Positions 18,197 through 28,300 of a stretch of 59,235 bases of DNA are shown piece by piece. This DNA comes from a virus. Each line of letters starts with the position of its first letter. The first letter of the stretch is position 1. Location of the stretch: UHGV virus genome UHGV-0193504. One strand, written 5' to 3'. The position numbers were made by a program, and so were the translations under genes. A model generated the notes under the pieces. It was given only the letters and a program-made list of their open reading frames with translations. It had not been told where the DNA came from and ran no database searches.

Positions 18197-18265
18197 GGCT
18201 ACGTAGGGACGGCGGCGGTTGCCTTGCATCTTGTAGACCGTGCCGAACCTGTTTGGAAGTTTCAT
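18170..18265 (-). pseudogene. N-terminal stump of a tyrosine recombinase (candidate shufflon invertase)
   Basis: GAGGTG RBS then MKLPNRFGTVYKMQGNRRRPYVAKK, running into the terminator; resembles the MKLPNGYGSVYKLSGNRRRPY-type integrase N-terminus. Confidence 0.75.
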
Positions 18266-18306
18266 CAAATCACCTCATGATGAGGATACCAGAAAGGAGT
18301 AATTGC

Positions 18307-18450
18307 ATGAACAGCTTACACTGGCACGCACTCTATGCGGCTGTGAGTGAGTTCCTCGCGGTGGCGAAACAGTACCACTTCTGTGAGGATATGCTTCCTG
18401 AGATTGAGAAGCTCCTCTTCGCTCTCAGCCCTTACTCGAAACATCACTGA
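18307..18450 (+). CDS. small hypothetical protein (47 aa)
   Basis: AAAGGAG RBS, ATG at 18307. Confidence 0.5.
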   Translation: MNSLHWHALYAAVSEFLAVAKQYHFCEDMLPEIEKLLFALSPYSKHH

Positions 18451-18462
18451 AAGGAGTCTCAT

Positions 18463-19047
18463 ATGTCTGTATTCGATATCTCTTTCTATCAGCCGGACGA
18501 CCGCGTCAGACAGCTCAAGAATCAGGGCGCGGACGGCATCATCGTCAAGCTGGGTGAGCAGATGGAGCTTGACGAGAAGTTCGTCCACTTCGTCAACGAC
18601 TGTGTCGCTTGCGGCCTGCCGTATGGCGTTTACTACGTCTCGCACGCGCACAACGCCGACGAGATGATGCAGGAAGCAAAGTGGATTAACGACACGATCT
18701 ACAGCTACCTCGGCGAGAACAGCCTGCCGGAGCTCGGCATCTGGTGGGACATGGAAGTGCCGTCCGTCCAGCGCGACGACGTGTGGCCAGACCTGCGTGA
18801 CGCTATCGGCACGATGCAGTCGTGGTATCCGGGCTATGACAAGGTTGGCATCTACGCGCAGTACAGCTACTTCACGCAGTTCATCGACATGGACGAGTTG
18901 GCTTACTACGGCATCCCTGTCTGGGTGGCGCAGTACAAGTACCCGGAGAACAGTCTCAAGGCGGAGTATCCTGCTTGCCACCACGTCGCATGGCAGTGGA
19001 CGACGCACGACGAGACGCAGGACGAAAACGAATGGTACGGTTTCTGA
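18463..19047 (+). CDS. GH25 muramidase 1 (within the tail module)
   Basis: FDISFYQ, GVYYVS, WWDMEV, VWVAQY and AWQWT motifs. Confidence 0.85.
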   Translation: MSVFDISFYQPDDRVRQLKNQGADGIIVKLGEQMELDEKFVHFVNDCVACGLPYGVYYVSHAHNADEMMQEAKWINDTIYSYLGENSLPELGIWWDMEVPSVQRDDVWPDLRDAIGTMQSWYPGYDKVGIYAQYSYFTQFIDMDELAYYGIPVWVAQYKYPENSLKAEYPACHHVAWQWTTHDETQDENEWYGF

Positions 19048-19059
19048 GGAGGAATCATC

Positions 19060-19296
19060 ATGGCACAATACAAACTTTCGCGTGAGTTCACGCAGCTGAC
19101 GGAGACGGCGGGCGTGCTCTACGCTATGCCGGAGTGCTCGGTCGAGATCGCGACGGGCACGGACGAGCCGGTGAAGGATACGGGCTTTGTCCTGCATGGC
19201 GGTTGCCCGTTCCCGTTCTCTGCTGCCGCTATCTGGGCGCGTGCGGCTGGCTCTCATGCTGTCCTGAACGTCGTCCCCGGCAAGCTCCCGATGTAA
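19060..19296 (+). CDS. hypothetical protein
   Basis: GAGGAGG RBS; 78 aa. Confidence 0.55.
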   Translation: MAQYKLSREFTQLTETAGVLYAMPECSVEIATGTDEPVKDTGFVLHGGCPFPFSAAAIWARAAGSHAVLNVVPGKLPM

Positions 19297-19308
19297 GGCG
19301 GCGGTGCT

Positions 19309-20664
19309 ATGCGGAGGACAGCAAAACATAATGCAACGGTGCTGAGTTTCGCGGACTTCTCAGGCGGCATCAATGTCATGACGACGGGCGACCTCATCGC
19401 GGCGAATGAGATGCAGCAATGCCAGAACTTCTGGTTCCTCGGCAACCAGCGCTCTTTGCAGCCGCGCGGTGGCATCTCGTCGATGCTCGGCAGCGCAGAG
19501 GCCAATATCCTTTCGGTCTACTACGACAATGACAGCAACACGTTCCTCGCGTTCGATGTGGACGGCGGCGTCTATCATGTCAGCAGTGACGGCAGGGACC
19601 TCGACAAGGTGGGGAAGCTCACGGGCAAGCAGAAGCCAGTCTGCGCGAAGTTCAAGGACGTCATCTGGATTGCATCAGGCGGCAAGCTCCAGTTCTACGA
19701 CTACGCGGAGGATTCGCTCTCAACGGTACTCGATGGGCCGACGTGCGACATGGTTTTCCAGCGGTTCGCGCGTCTCTGCGTCTCGATGAGTGGTACGGAC
19801 CGCATCACGTACTCGGCGACGGGCGACGGCACGGACTGGGAGCAGGACGACAACGACCTCTCGAAGAGCCAGTGGGTGGATATCGGCTATGGGGACAGCG
19901 GCGATATCATCGCAGTGGCACCGCTTGCAACGGACCTCATGATTCTCAAGAACAATGGCATGATCTACCAGCTCACCGGCGACGCAGAGGTCGCTTCGTG
20001 GGCGGTCTATCGCATCGCGACGGAGACGGACGCAGTCGGGCGTCAGGCGGCCCTGCCAGTCGGCAATGACGTGGTCTTTATCTCGCGCGGCGGGCTCAAG
20101 ACACTCTCCACGACGATGGACTACGGCAATATCGCGACGGCTGAGATTGGGCAGAAGTTCAACCTGCTCGTCACGCAGTCACAGTTCGACCCGCAAATTG
20201 TCCACTTGCGCCGCAGGAAGCTGCTGCTCGTGCGGCCTACGGAAGATAAGTCGTACTGGCTGGCCTACAACTACGCGGTGGGTGCGGCAACGACACTCCA
20301 TTTCCCGCTACAGGTAACGGATATCGTGGAGACGCAGGACAGGCTCATGCTGGCGGCAGGGGCGGCGCTCTATGAAATCCTCGACACGAACACGACGGAC
20401 GACGGCGCGGCTATCGACTATGCTATCCGGCTCAAGGATACGGTCAGTAGTGAGAAGATCATTGTGCGCAGCATCGACACGGACGCACAGGCGGAACAGG
20501 CTGGCACGGTCAAGGTGCACGTCGATAACATCGCGCTGGACATGCCGACGAACCGCCGCAGGAAAGTGCGCTGCAACCACACAACGCCCAAAATGGAGAT
20601 CAGCCTTGCGGGCTCGTCGCCTTTTCTCTTGAAGCATGTCCTCGTGGAGGTGGCTGATTTATGA
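19309..20664 (+). CDS. tail nozzle / DNA stabilisation protein (beta-propeller, P22 gp10-like)
   Basis: DFSGGIN start, RITYSATGDGTDW, GNDVVFISRGG; precedes the ejection genes. Confidence 0.7.
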   Translation: MRRTAKHNATVLSFADFSGGINVMTTGDLIAANEMQQCQNFWFLGNQRSLQPRGGISSMLGSAEANILSVYYDNDSNTFLAFDVDGGVYHVSSDGRDLDKVGKLTGKQKPVCAKFKDVIWIASGGKLQFYDYAEDSLSTVLDGPTCDMVFQRFARLCVSMSGTDRITYSATGDGTDWEQDDNDLSKSQWVDIGYGDSGDIIAVAPLATDLMILKNNGMIYQLTGDAEVASWAVYRIATETDAVGRQAALPVGNDVVFISRGGLKTLSTTMDYGNIATAEIGQKFNLLVTQSQFDPQIVHLRRRKLLLVRPTEDKSYWLAYNYAVGAATTLHFPLQVTDIVETQDRLMLAAGAALYEILDTNTTDDGAAIDYAIRLKDTVSSEKIIVRSIDTDAQAEQAGTVKVHVDNIALDMPTNRRRKVRCNHTTPKMEISLAGSSPFLLKHVLVEVADL

Positions 20665-21107
20665 CGCTCGATGGATGGATAAAGCTCTACGAGAAGAAAA
20701 CGAAGAGTACGTTCAAACCGCATCCAAACTTCAAGCTGTTGTTCTTCCCAGAGCGCGGCTTCTGTGAAGTGACGTTTGATCCAAAGACTCAGATGGTCAT
20801 GGCGTACCAGATATGCGGCGATGGTCGCTTCTGGAAGCGGGTACTTGATTCACTAACAATGGTAGTGGGCTTTAAGCATTGCGGCGCTATCCTTATCCGA
20901 AACGTCAAGGCATACGTCCGTCTCTTTGGCTTCCACATCGTGCGAGAGGATAAGTTGGTAGATGGGACTTCCATCTACTACGGTGAGGATGTACAGGGCA
21001 ACCATGTGCGTCTTGCACCTGCTTGGAAAGAGCAAGATGGCTATGCGTATTATGCGACATGGGAGGTAAAGGATGATACAGAAATCAAGTTTGGTAACGA
21101 ACGGTAA
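20661..21107 (+). CDS. hypothetical protein (GNAT-like positional analogue)
   Basis: 148 aa between nozzle and ejection genes; AYVRLFGF motif. Confidence 0.45.
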   Translation: MTLDGWIKLYEKKTKSTFKPHPNFKLLFFPERGFCEVTFDPKTQMVMAYQICGDGRFWKRVLDSLTMVVGFKHCGAILIRNVKAYVRLFGFHIVREDKLVDGTSIYYGEDVQGNHVRLAPAWKEQDGYAYYATWEVKDDTEIKFGNER

Positions 21108-21123
21108 GCAAGAAGGTGAATAT

Positions 21124-22686
21124 ATGGGAAGTATTATTGTCAGACCAGATATGCAGTCTATTGACGCGGAGGTATACCGTCGATATTTTCGTCACTGCCG
21201 ATTCAAGGGCGGCGGCTCGACGACGGTCAACAATACGTCGACGTACACGCCGACTCCATACGAGCTTGAGATGCAGCAGCAGGAAGCCAACTACTCGAAG
21301 GCCATCGCGCCGAACGCGCTCAAACTCAACAACTACGCGATGGATGTCCTGAAGGATTCGCTCGGCACGGTTCAGGTCGATTACAACGGCATGAATAAGA
21401 ACGCGCAGAATCAGATCGCCAACGCGACGAGCGGCATGAACGGCCTCATCAGCAGCAACAACGATGCAAACTCAGCCGTCAACAATACACTCGGTAGTAC
21501 GGCAAATCAGTACAGCCAGCTCACCGGGCAGACGGCTGGTCGGCTCGGCAACCTATCCGGCGCGTACACGAATGCCAATGCGGCAGCGAATAGCGCGCTC
21601 AGCAACGCAGGGAATACATATGGCAGTCTGGCACAGGGCAACCTTCCAGTTGCGTACCAGCAAAACATGGAGAACTCAATCTCGTCGGCACTCAATAACA
21701 CGATTGGCAAGACTGTCAGCGGACTTGGTAATCGCGGCGTGCTCAACAGCTCGGTCACGTCGTCGGCGCTCAACGATATCGAGAAGAACGCGGCGGACAG
21801 TGTGGCGAGCCAGTACCAGAACAACATCAATCAGGTGGCAAACCTCACAGGGCAGCAGGCCAGTGCGGCACAGCAGAAGATGAATAACAGCTTCAATACA
21901 GCAGGTCAGCTCGGCAACCTCATCCAGCAACAGCACAGTCTGCAAGGCGATGCGCTTTCACAGCAGGCGCAGGCTGCACAGCAGCAGTACACGAACAACA
22001 TGAACACGAACAGCCAGAACAGTGGACTGCTTTCGAATCTCATCAACTCGGCAACGACGCCGATCACGACGGCGAGCGTGGCGCAGGAAGCGGCGCAGAC
22101 TCCGGCCTCGAACCTCTGGAACATGTCGCTCGGCCTCAACGGCGCAACGAACAACGCACTTGTCGCGGCAGCAGGCAAAGGCACGACGAACAGCACGCAG
22201 ACGAGCACGACAAGCGGCGGCGGCGGTTTCCTCTCCGGCCTGTTCGGTGGCGCTGTCTCTGGCCTCGCTGGCGGCCTTGGCTCGGCATGGGGGTGTTTCC
22301 CTGCCGGCACAATGGTCAAGATGGCGGACGGCTCGGAGAAGGCTATCGAGCACATCGAGGTCGGCGACGAAGTCACGACAGACAGCGGCAAGACGGAGAA
22401 GGTCGTCAAGCTCATGGAGCCGCACTACAACGACGTCTATGCAGTCATCTGCGAGAAGGGCCACACGAACACGACGACGACACAGCCACTCATGAAGACG
22501 GACGGCACGTATATCACGATGGGCGACCTCAAGATCGGGACGGCGCTCAAGAACGTCGGCAAGGTGCAGAGCATCGTCTACAGCGGCGAACGGCGTGTGT
22601 ACGATTTGCAGGTTGACGGCGAGAACAATTACATCGCGGACGGCTTCGTTGCACAGGGCGGCGATGATAGTTTCTGGACAGCATAA
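21124..22686 (+). CDS. ejection (DNA transfer) protein with a C-terminal Hint domain
   Basis: CRFKGGGSTT N-terminal motif, N/Q/S-rich coil, Gly-rich hydrophobic segment, then G|CFPAGTMV...VYDLQVDGENNYIADGFVAQ (Hint 22294-22656). Confidence 0.8.
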   Translation: MGSIIVRPDMQSIDAEVYRRYFRHCRFKGGGSTTVNNTSTYTPTPYELEMQQQEANYSKAIAPNALKLNNYAMDVLKDSLGTVQVDYNGMNKNAQNQIANATSGMNGLISSNNDANSAVNNTLGSTANQYSQLTGQTAGRLGNLSGAYTNANAAANSALSNAGNTYGSLAQGNLPVAYQQNMENSISSALNNTIGKTVSGLGNRGVLNSSVTSSALNDIEKNAADSVASQYQNNINQVANLTGQQASAAQQKMNNSFNTAGQLGNLIQQQHSLQGDALSQQAQAAQQQYTNNMNTNSQNSGLLSNLINSATTPITTASVAQEAAQTPASNLWNMSLGLNGATNNALVAAAGKGTTNSTQTSTTSGGGGFLSGLFGGAVSGLAGGLGSAWGCFPAGTMVKMADGSEKAIEHIEVGDEVTTDSGKTEKVVKLMEPHYNDVYAVICEKGHTNTTTTQPLMKTDGTYITMGDLKIGTALKNVGKVQSIVYSGERRVYDLQVDGENNYIADGFVAQGGDDSFWTA

Positions 22687-22698
22687 GGAGGAACGGAC

Positions 22699-23286
22699 AT
22701 GGCATATGGCGGTGGCGCGTGGCAGAATGACCCGCGCGTAGCAAATAAAGAGAATGATGACAAGAACGGCTTCGACCGCATGATGCAGATGGCGGCGGTT
22801 GCATCGATGATGGACAACAAGACGGCGTTGGGCTTTGGCCTCGGCAACCTCATCGCAAGCTACTTGGCGAAGCAGAGGGCGGCAAAGGCGGATGCGCTTG
22901 CCAATAGACAGAAAGAGATGGCAGAAGATCAGGCGGCGAATGCAGGTCAGCTCGCGGTACTCGGGCAGAACGGCTCACCAGCTAGCGCTCCCATTTTATC
23001 AGGAGGTGTAGCGCCACAGCAGGCGGCAACGCTCGGCTCGACGGGCATGACGCCGGGTAAGTCATACGCACTCGGCCTTGAACCGTATACGCGCACGGCT
23101 TGGCAGGATACGCCGACAAGTGCAGAGGTTCAGCAGGCGGCGGCTTCGGTGTTTGGCCAGACTCCGCAGGGTACGGCAGGGGCGACGGTAAGCGCTCCGA
23201 CGACGCTGACACTGACGAATCCGGCAGGCGCACAGCAATACCGGTGGCCTGCCGTCGATACAGATTGGCTCCATAGAAATTCGTGA
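22699..23286 (+). CDS. putative ejection protein
   Basis: A/Q-rich with a hydrophobic Gly segment; AAGGAGG RBS. Confidence 0.5.
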   Translation: MAYGGGAWQNDPRVANKENDDKNGFDRMMQMAAVASMMDNKTALGFGLGNLIASYLAKQRAAKADALANRQKEMAEDQAANAGQLAVLGQNGSPASAPILSGGVAPQQAATLGSTGMTPGKSYALGLEPYTRTAWQDTPTSAEVQQAAASVFGQTPQGTAGATVSAPTTLTLTNPAGAQQYRWPAVDTDWLHRNS

Positions 23287-23297
23287 GGGGTGAGAGT

Positions 23298-25304
23298 ATG
23301 AATGCGAATCAGGCAGTGAATCGGGCGGCAGAAAGCGCGTCAGCTCGTTATGGGAATATCACGCCGCAGGAAGTACAGCGGGCGGCGCAGTACGTTTTCA
23401 ATTCGCCGACGCAGGATGACATTATTCGTTATATGATGGGACAAGGGGCGGCGCAGGCCGCTTCTTCGCCGTCGCTGGACGAACAGGCCGCCATGATGGC
23501 AGGCACGCCAGTACAGGCTCCGGCACAATTGGCGGCAAGAACACAGCAGGCGCCACCTTCCATCGAGCGGGCGATCCAGCTTCAAAATACGCCTGACCAG
23601 CTCAACGAACGCGATGTGCTATACCCGCTCCCAACGAGGGGCCTGACCTCTTGGGGACCGGCAGATATTTACCGCCGCCCGTTCGTCGATAATGATGACG
23701 GCTCAACAAGCACGATGGTCACGTCCATCTATGATGACGATGACGGTTATCATGTCATTGCTGGCGTCGGCAGCGACGGCACGATGTATAGTGACAACGA
23801 TGCAATCAGGCGGGCGCAAGAAGTCGGTGACAATAAGATTGCCACCTTTGGCAATCTCGCGGATGCAGAGGCGTTTGACAATGCATTGCACCCGCGCGAG
23901 GTCATGCGTCTCAAGTACCGCAACAACCCGCAGGCTTTACAGCAGTATACGTATGATCTGGAGCGTGCCGACCATCCAGACCGTTTTGACGCAAACGGCA
24001 ACTATATCACGCCGCAGGAACAGGCGGCAGTTGCCACGCAGGCCGCGCCAGTCGCTTCACAGGCGGCGTCTACAGCGGCGCAGGTACAGAACAATGCAAC
24101 GGATACAGCAGGCACTCAGGCGGCACCACAAACGGACTACAGCCAGCAGCTCAACGATGTGATTGCACAGGCGAACCGCGTTGGCATTGGACAGCCTATG
24201 TCGCTTGGCGAGCGTGGCGTGCTGTCTCAGATTCTCGGCGCAAAGGATATGTATAACGCGGCGCAGGATGACAATGGCAGGGCAGCGGCTCACGCGCTCG
24301 CAGATGCGTACCGTCAGGCAGGCCAGCAGTACGGACTCAACGATACGTCGGCAGGGCTCGACGCTACACAGCTCCGCGCACTCTTGCAGACGGACTACGA
24401 CATGGGCGTCAACAATGCGATGCAGGGCAAGACCTCGGCAGAGTATTTCGACGACCAGTATAACGCACTCCGTCAGGCCGGACTCACACGAAGCGAGGCG
24501 ACGGACGAGGCGGCACGCAGGGCGCAGCGCTATCAGAACGAGCGCGTGCGCAACCTCACGAATGCCTACTACACGTATGGCGTTGACCGCGATGGCTCGA
24601 TGAACAACAATGGCGCGGCCATCCTCAATCTCATCTACGACGAACAGCCTGCCTCGGCGGCGATGGGGATGCAGAACTATGCAACACCTAGCCAGAACTG
24701 GAAGTTCAACAAGAATCAGGAAGCGGCGAATAATGCGTACCAGCAGAAACTCGACTATGGACAGCACACATTCGACTGGGCGCGCATCCTCAACAACGAC
24801 AAGTTTACGGCGCAGGAGAAAATGCAGGCTATTGCCAATGAGTTGCAGAAATACCTTGCAAACCTCAATATCGACGCAGATTTGAAGAAAGCGCAGCTCA
24901 ACGCAGACACAGCGGTGCAGGTTGCTGGTATCAGGGGAGCAGGTGGCAAATCTGGAGGCAGTTCTGGTGGAAGTGACGGAAAAGAACCGACAGACTCGCA
25001 GAAAACGTTGATGGAAAACGCCGAAGATATTTACAAAAACTCAAGCAGTAATCTGAACAATGTTGGTGAAGCGATTGCAAATCTTGACAAAATCGAACAG
25101 AAACTTTCTGACAGTGATGTGCGTCAGAGAATCGAGGACATGAAATATGCGCTCAACGCTCGGCGCGAGTTTGTATCGTGGAATGACCACGGAAGAACAG
25201 GGAGCGCGGATAATGCCATCGACTATTACAACTCAGTGAGCGACGCCAACAAAGACCTTGTTGACAACCTCAAGGGTCTTTACGACTCCGCTTCTCATTC
25301 GTAA
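23298..25304 (+). CDS. putative ejection/internal virion protein
   Basis: A/Q/N-rich 668 aa directly upstream of the giant protein. Confidence 0.55.
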   Translation: MNANQAVNRAAESASARYGNITPQEVQRAAQYVFNSPTQDDIIRYMMGQGAAQAASSPSLDEQAAMMAGTPVQAPAQLAARTQQAPPSIERAIQLQNTPDQLNERDVLYPLPTRGLTSWGPADIYRRPFVDNDDGSTSTMVTSIYDDDDGYHVIAGVGSDGTMYSDNDAIRRAQEVGDNKIATFGNLADAEAFDNALHPREVMRLKYRNNPQALQQYTYDLERADHPDRFDANGNYITPQEQAAVATQAAPVASQAASTAAQVQNNATDTAGTQAAPQTDYSQQLNDVIAQANRVGIGQPMSLGERGVLSQILGAKDMYNAAQDDNGRAAAHALADAYRQAGQQYGLNDTSAGLDATQLRALLQTDYDMGVNNAMQGKTSAEYFDDQYNALRQAGLTRSEATDEAARRAQRYQNERVRNLTNAYYTYGVDRDGSMNNNGAAILNLIYDEQPASAAMGMQNYATPSQNWKFNKNQEAANNAYQQKLDYGQHTFDWARILNNDKFTAQEKMQAIANELQKYLANLNIDADLKKAQLNADTAVQVAGIRGAGGKSGGSSGGSDGKEPTDSQKTLMENAEDIYKNSSSNLNNVGEAIANLDKIEQKLSDSDVRQRIEDMKYALNARREFVSWNDHGRTGSADNAIDYYNSVSDANKDLVDNLKGLYDSASHS

Positions 25305-25319
25305 GGAGGAATTTGCACA

Positions 25320-28300
25320 ATGAGCAAAGCCTATGATTATTTCAGGGAGATATCAGCAAACAACAACGACATGATTATGCCGAATGATACTGATATTACT
25401 GACGATTCAGGGCGTATCCATGACGCTACAGGGATAAGCGAAGGGCTCGGTGGATTCTTGGCGAATCTGCTCATGCCTGGTTTTAGTACGGCGTTATATC
25501 GCCCGTCTGTCCAGAATTTTGTCGGCGGCTTGGAAGGCGACGCTGGTGGTGCTGCAAATTATCTCGGCTCTGCTCTCAAGGCCCTAGACGAGCAGGGGCG
25601 CGCATCGTCGCTCTCTGATGATATCCAGAATGCTGATGCCGGCCCGCTCGGCAGCCTTGGCGATTGGCTCATCAACAACGGCACCTACTGGAATGACCGT
25701 GCTGGCGATGTGCAGCAGCAGTTCGGCACGTTGAACCGCTACCAGAATGAAGATATCTTGCAGCGACTCACTGACACGGACTATCTCACGGACTCTCGCG
25801 GCCTTATGGCTGATGTTTTCAACGGAGCCGGCAGCTCGGTCCCATTCGTGGTAGCTAGTTCTTTAGCACCGGAGATTGGCATCGGCGGCGCTCTCGCTCG
25901 CGGTGCTGGCGGTCTCTTGGAACGTCTTGGTATGTCTACGGCTGGCCGTGCGGTAGCTTCTGACCTCGTGCAGTCTGGCGCAAATGATTTTGCACGCTAT
26001 GCCTTGACGAGTGGCCCACTTGAAGCAGCAATCAACGCTGGCGGTATCTATGATGATTTGAAGAATCAGGGTCTCTCGGACTCGGAGATCTTCGGCAAGA
26101 TGAACAGTATGATCGGCGAGGAACTGCCGATGGATATGCTCACGTCCGGCCTCTATGGTGCTGTGCTCGGCGGCAATACGTTCAGCCGACTGGGGCAGGG
26201 CGGTTGGAAGCGTGCTATCGGGGCGAATATCCTCAACACCCCGGCTGACATGCTCGGCGAGTATGTGCAGGAGATGACACAGCAGCAGCTCCAGAACAAG
26301 TACAGCGGCAAGCCGTATGGCACGTTCTGGAACCCGACTGAGGACGAGATGCAGGCGGGCCGTGCTGCGGCTATGGGCGCTCTCCCGATGGGCATGTTTG
26401 GCTCTGCTCGTGGTGCAATCAACTCCCGCCGTGCGGCTATGGCTGCGGCAGATGGCGGCTCGGTCACGGGGCCGGAGCCTGTCACGCCACCTGCTGTGCC
26501 TGACCCGAACGTTGACCCTGTGGCGGCAGCACAGCTCACAGGCAAGAACGACGATGTGCCGACGGCTGACGGCGTTGATGTCACGAATCTCGACCCGCAG
26601 CAGTACACGCAGTGGTACGGCGAAAAGCTCAAGTCGCAGGGCATCGACGTGCCGGATGCGACGATCACGGTGCAGACGCCAAAGGCAACGGGCGCGACGG
26701 GCGGCGCAAAGGCCGGTGCTGGCGCAAACGTCATGGACGCGGCGCAGGATTTCATGGGCCGGCACATGGAGAACGGCGCGAACGGCTGCGTCGAGGCAGT
26801 CACGAAGATTGGCGCACGCTACAACCCGTTCCTCGCGGACGAACTCAGCAAGGGCGTTGTCAATGTCGATACGCTCGTTGCGGATGCGGGCGATAAGGTC
26901 ATCCCGTTCGACCCGAACAACCTCGAAGCGGGCGATGTCATCGTCTACGGCGACAACGACCATGTCGTGCTGGCAGATGGCAACGGCGGCTATGTCGGCA
27001 ACTCGTCCTCTCAGCAGAAGGTTGTGCAGGGTGGCAACTATAACGAGATGGGCGATCTCAAGCCGACGAAAATCATCAAGACGGGCAACGGCGTGACGGC
27101 GCAGAATGAGACGGCCAACAATGGCGGTGCTTCTGCGGCTGACCTTTCGAGCCTGCCGGTTGGCGACATTGCTACGGCTATCGCGCAGAACACGGGACTC
27201 CCCGCCAACTTCATCTGGGCGCAGCTCTCCCATGAGAGCGATGGCGGCAACAGTAAGCTCGCACGCGAGGACCACAACTATGGCGGCGTCAAGGGCAATG
27301 ATGGCGAATATCTCCACTTCGACAACGACCAGCAGTTCATTGACTACATGTCGAACTATTATCCGAAGTACCGCGAGGACGGCATCTATGACGCGCAGAC
27401 AGCGGACCAGTTCGCTGAGGCACTTCAGCACGGTGGCTACTTTACGGCAGACCTTGGCGAATACGAGGGCGGTATGCATCGATACCTTGAGCAGGCAGGC
27501 CTTTCGGATAGCGGCACGGCGGGCGCTCCGGCTGAGAAGCAGAGCCCGGTCAGCACGATGACGCAGCAGCAGTTCGGCGACATGCTCAACGAGAAGATGA
27601 TTGACTTTGCGGGCACGAACGACGATACCGTCAAGACGGTGTTCAATGACATGTCTACGAGCAAGGACAAGGCGCTCGTCAGCCTCTTCGCTCCGTACAT
27701 GCAGGACGGCGTTTTTGCCAACACGGCGGCGAATCGCACGGCGCTCGTCAACAATGACGGCTTCAAGAAAGCGATGTCTATGTTCCTCTCGAAGCATCTC
27801 AGTGACTACGCTCCGGCATTCGATAACGGCAGAATCTCATTCCGGCAGGCAGAGGAAGCGCTGCGTCCTCGCCATCAGGTGCAGGCCGCGCAGACGGCGC
27901 AGGCACCGAACATCCAGACAGCCGCTTCTCCAAAAATGGAGGCGGCTGCTATCCAGAATGTTCTTTCCTCGTTCGCACAAGACAAGAAGAATGTAGCTCG
28001 CACGGAACAAGAGGCGAATCTCTTTGATGATATGCTCGATACAGATGACCACTTCATCGACACGCCAAAGAACCGTCAGACTCTGCTGAAGAACTACGGG
28101 GCGCAGCTCCAAAACTATGTGGATGATGTGATGACGCCTAGCCTCGATGATCGTGTAAATCAGGCCATCGAACAGGCGGTGCAAAATAAAGACCTCAACC
28201 GCATGAACATCTTGACTCAGGCGAAACAGGCGAATGATACGGCCACACTGGAAAAGCTCGTCGGTCCACAGACAAAACAGCATGTCGATATTGCTGCGAT

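Noticed and set aside
25863..27797. Long antisense ORFs (644 aa here; also 9269-10393, 15300-16427, 32874-33956)
   Set aside because: Typical shadows of GC3-rich sense genes, with no motifs or RBS.
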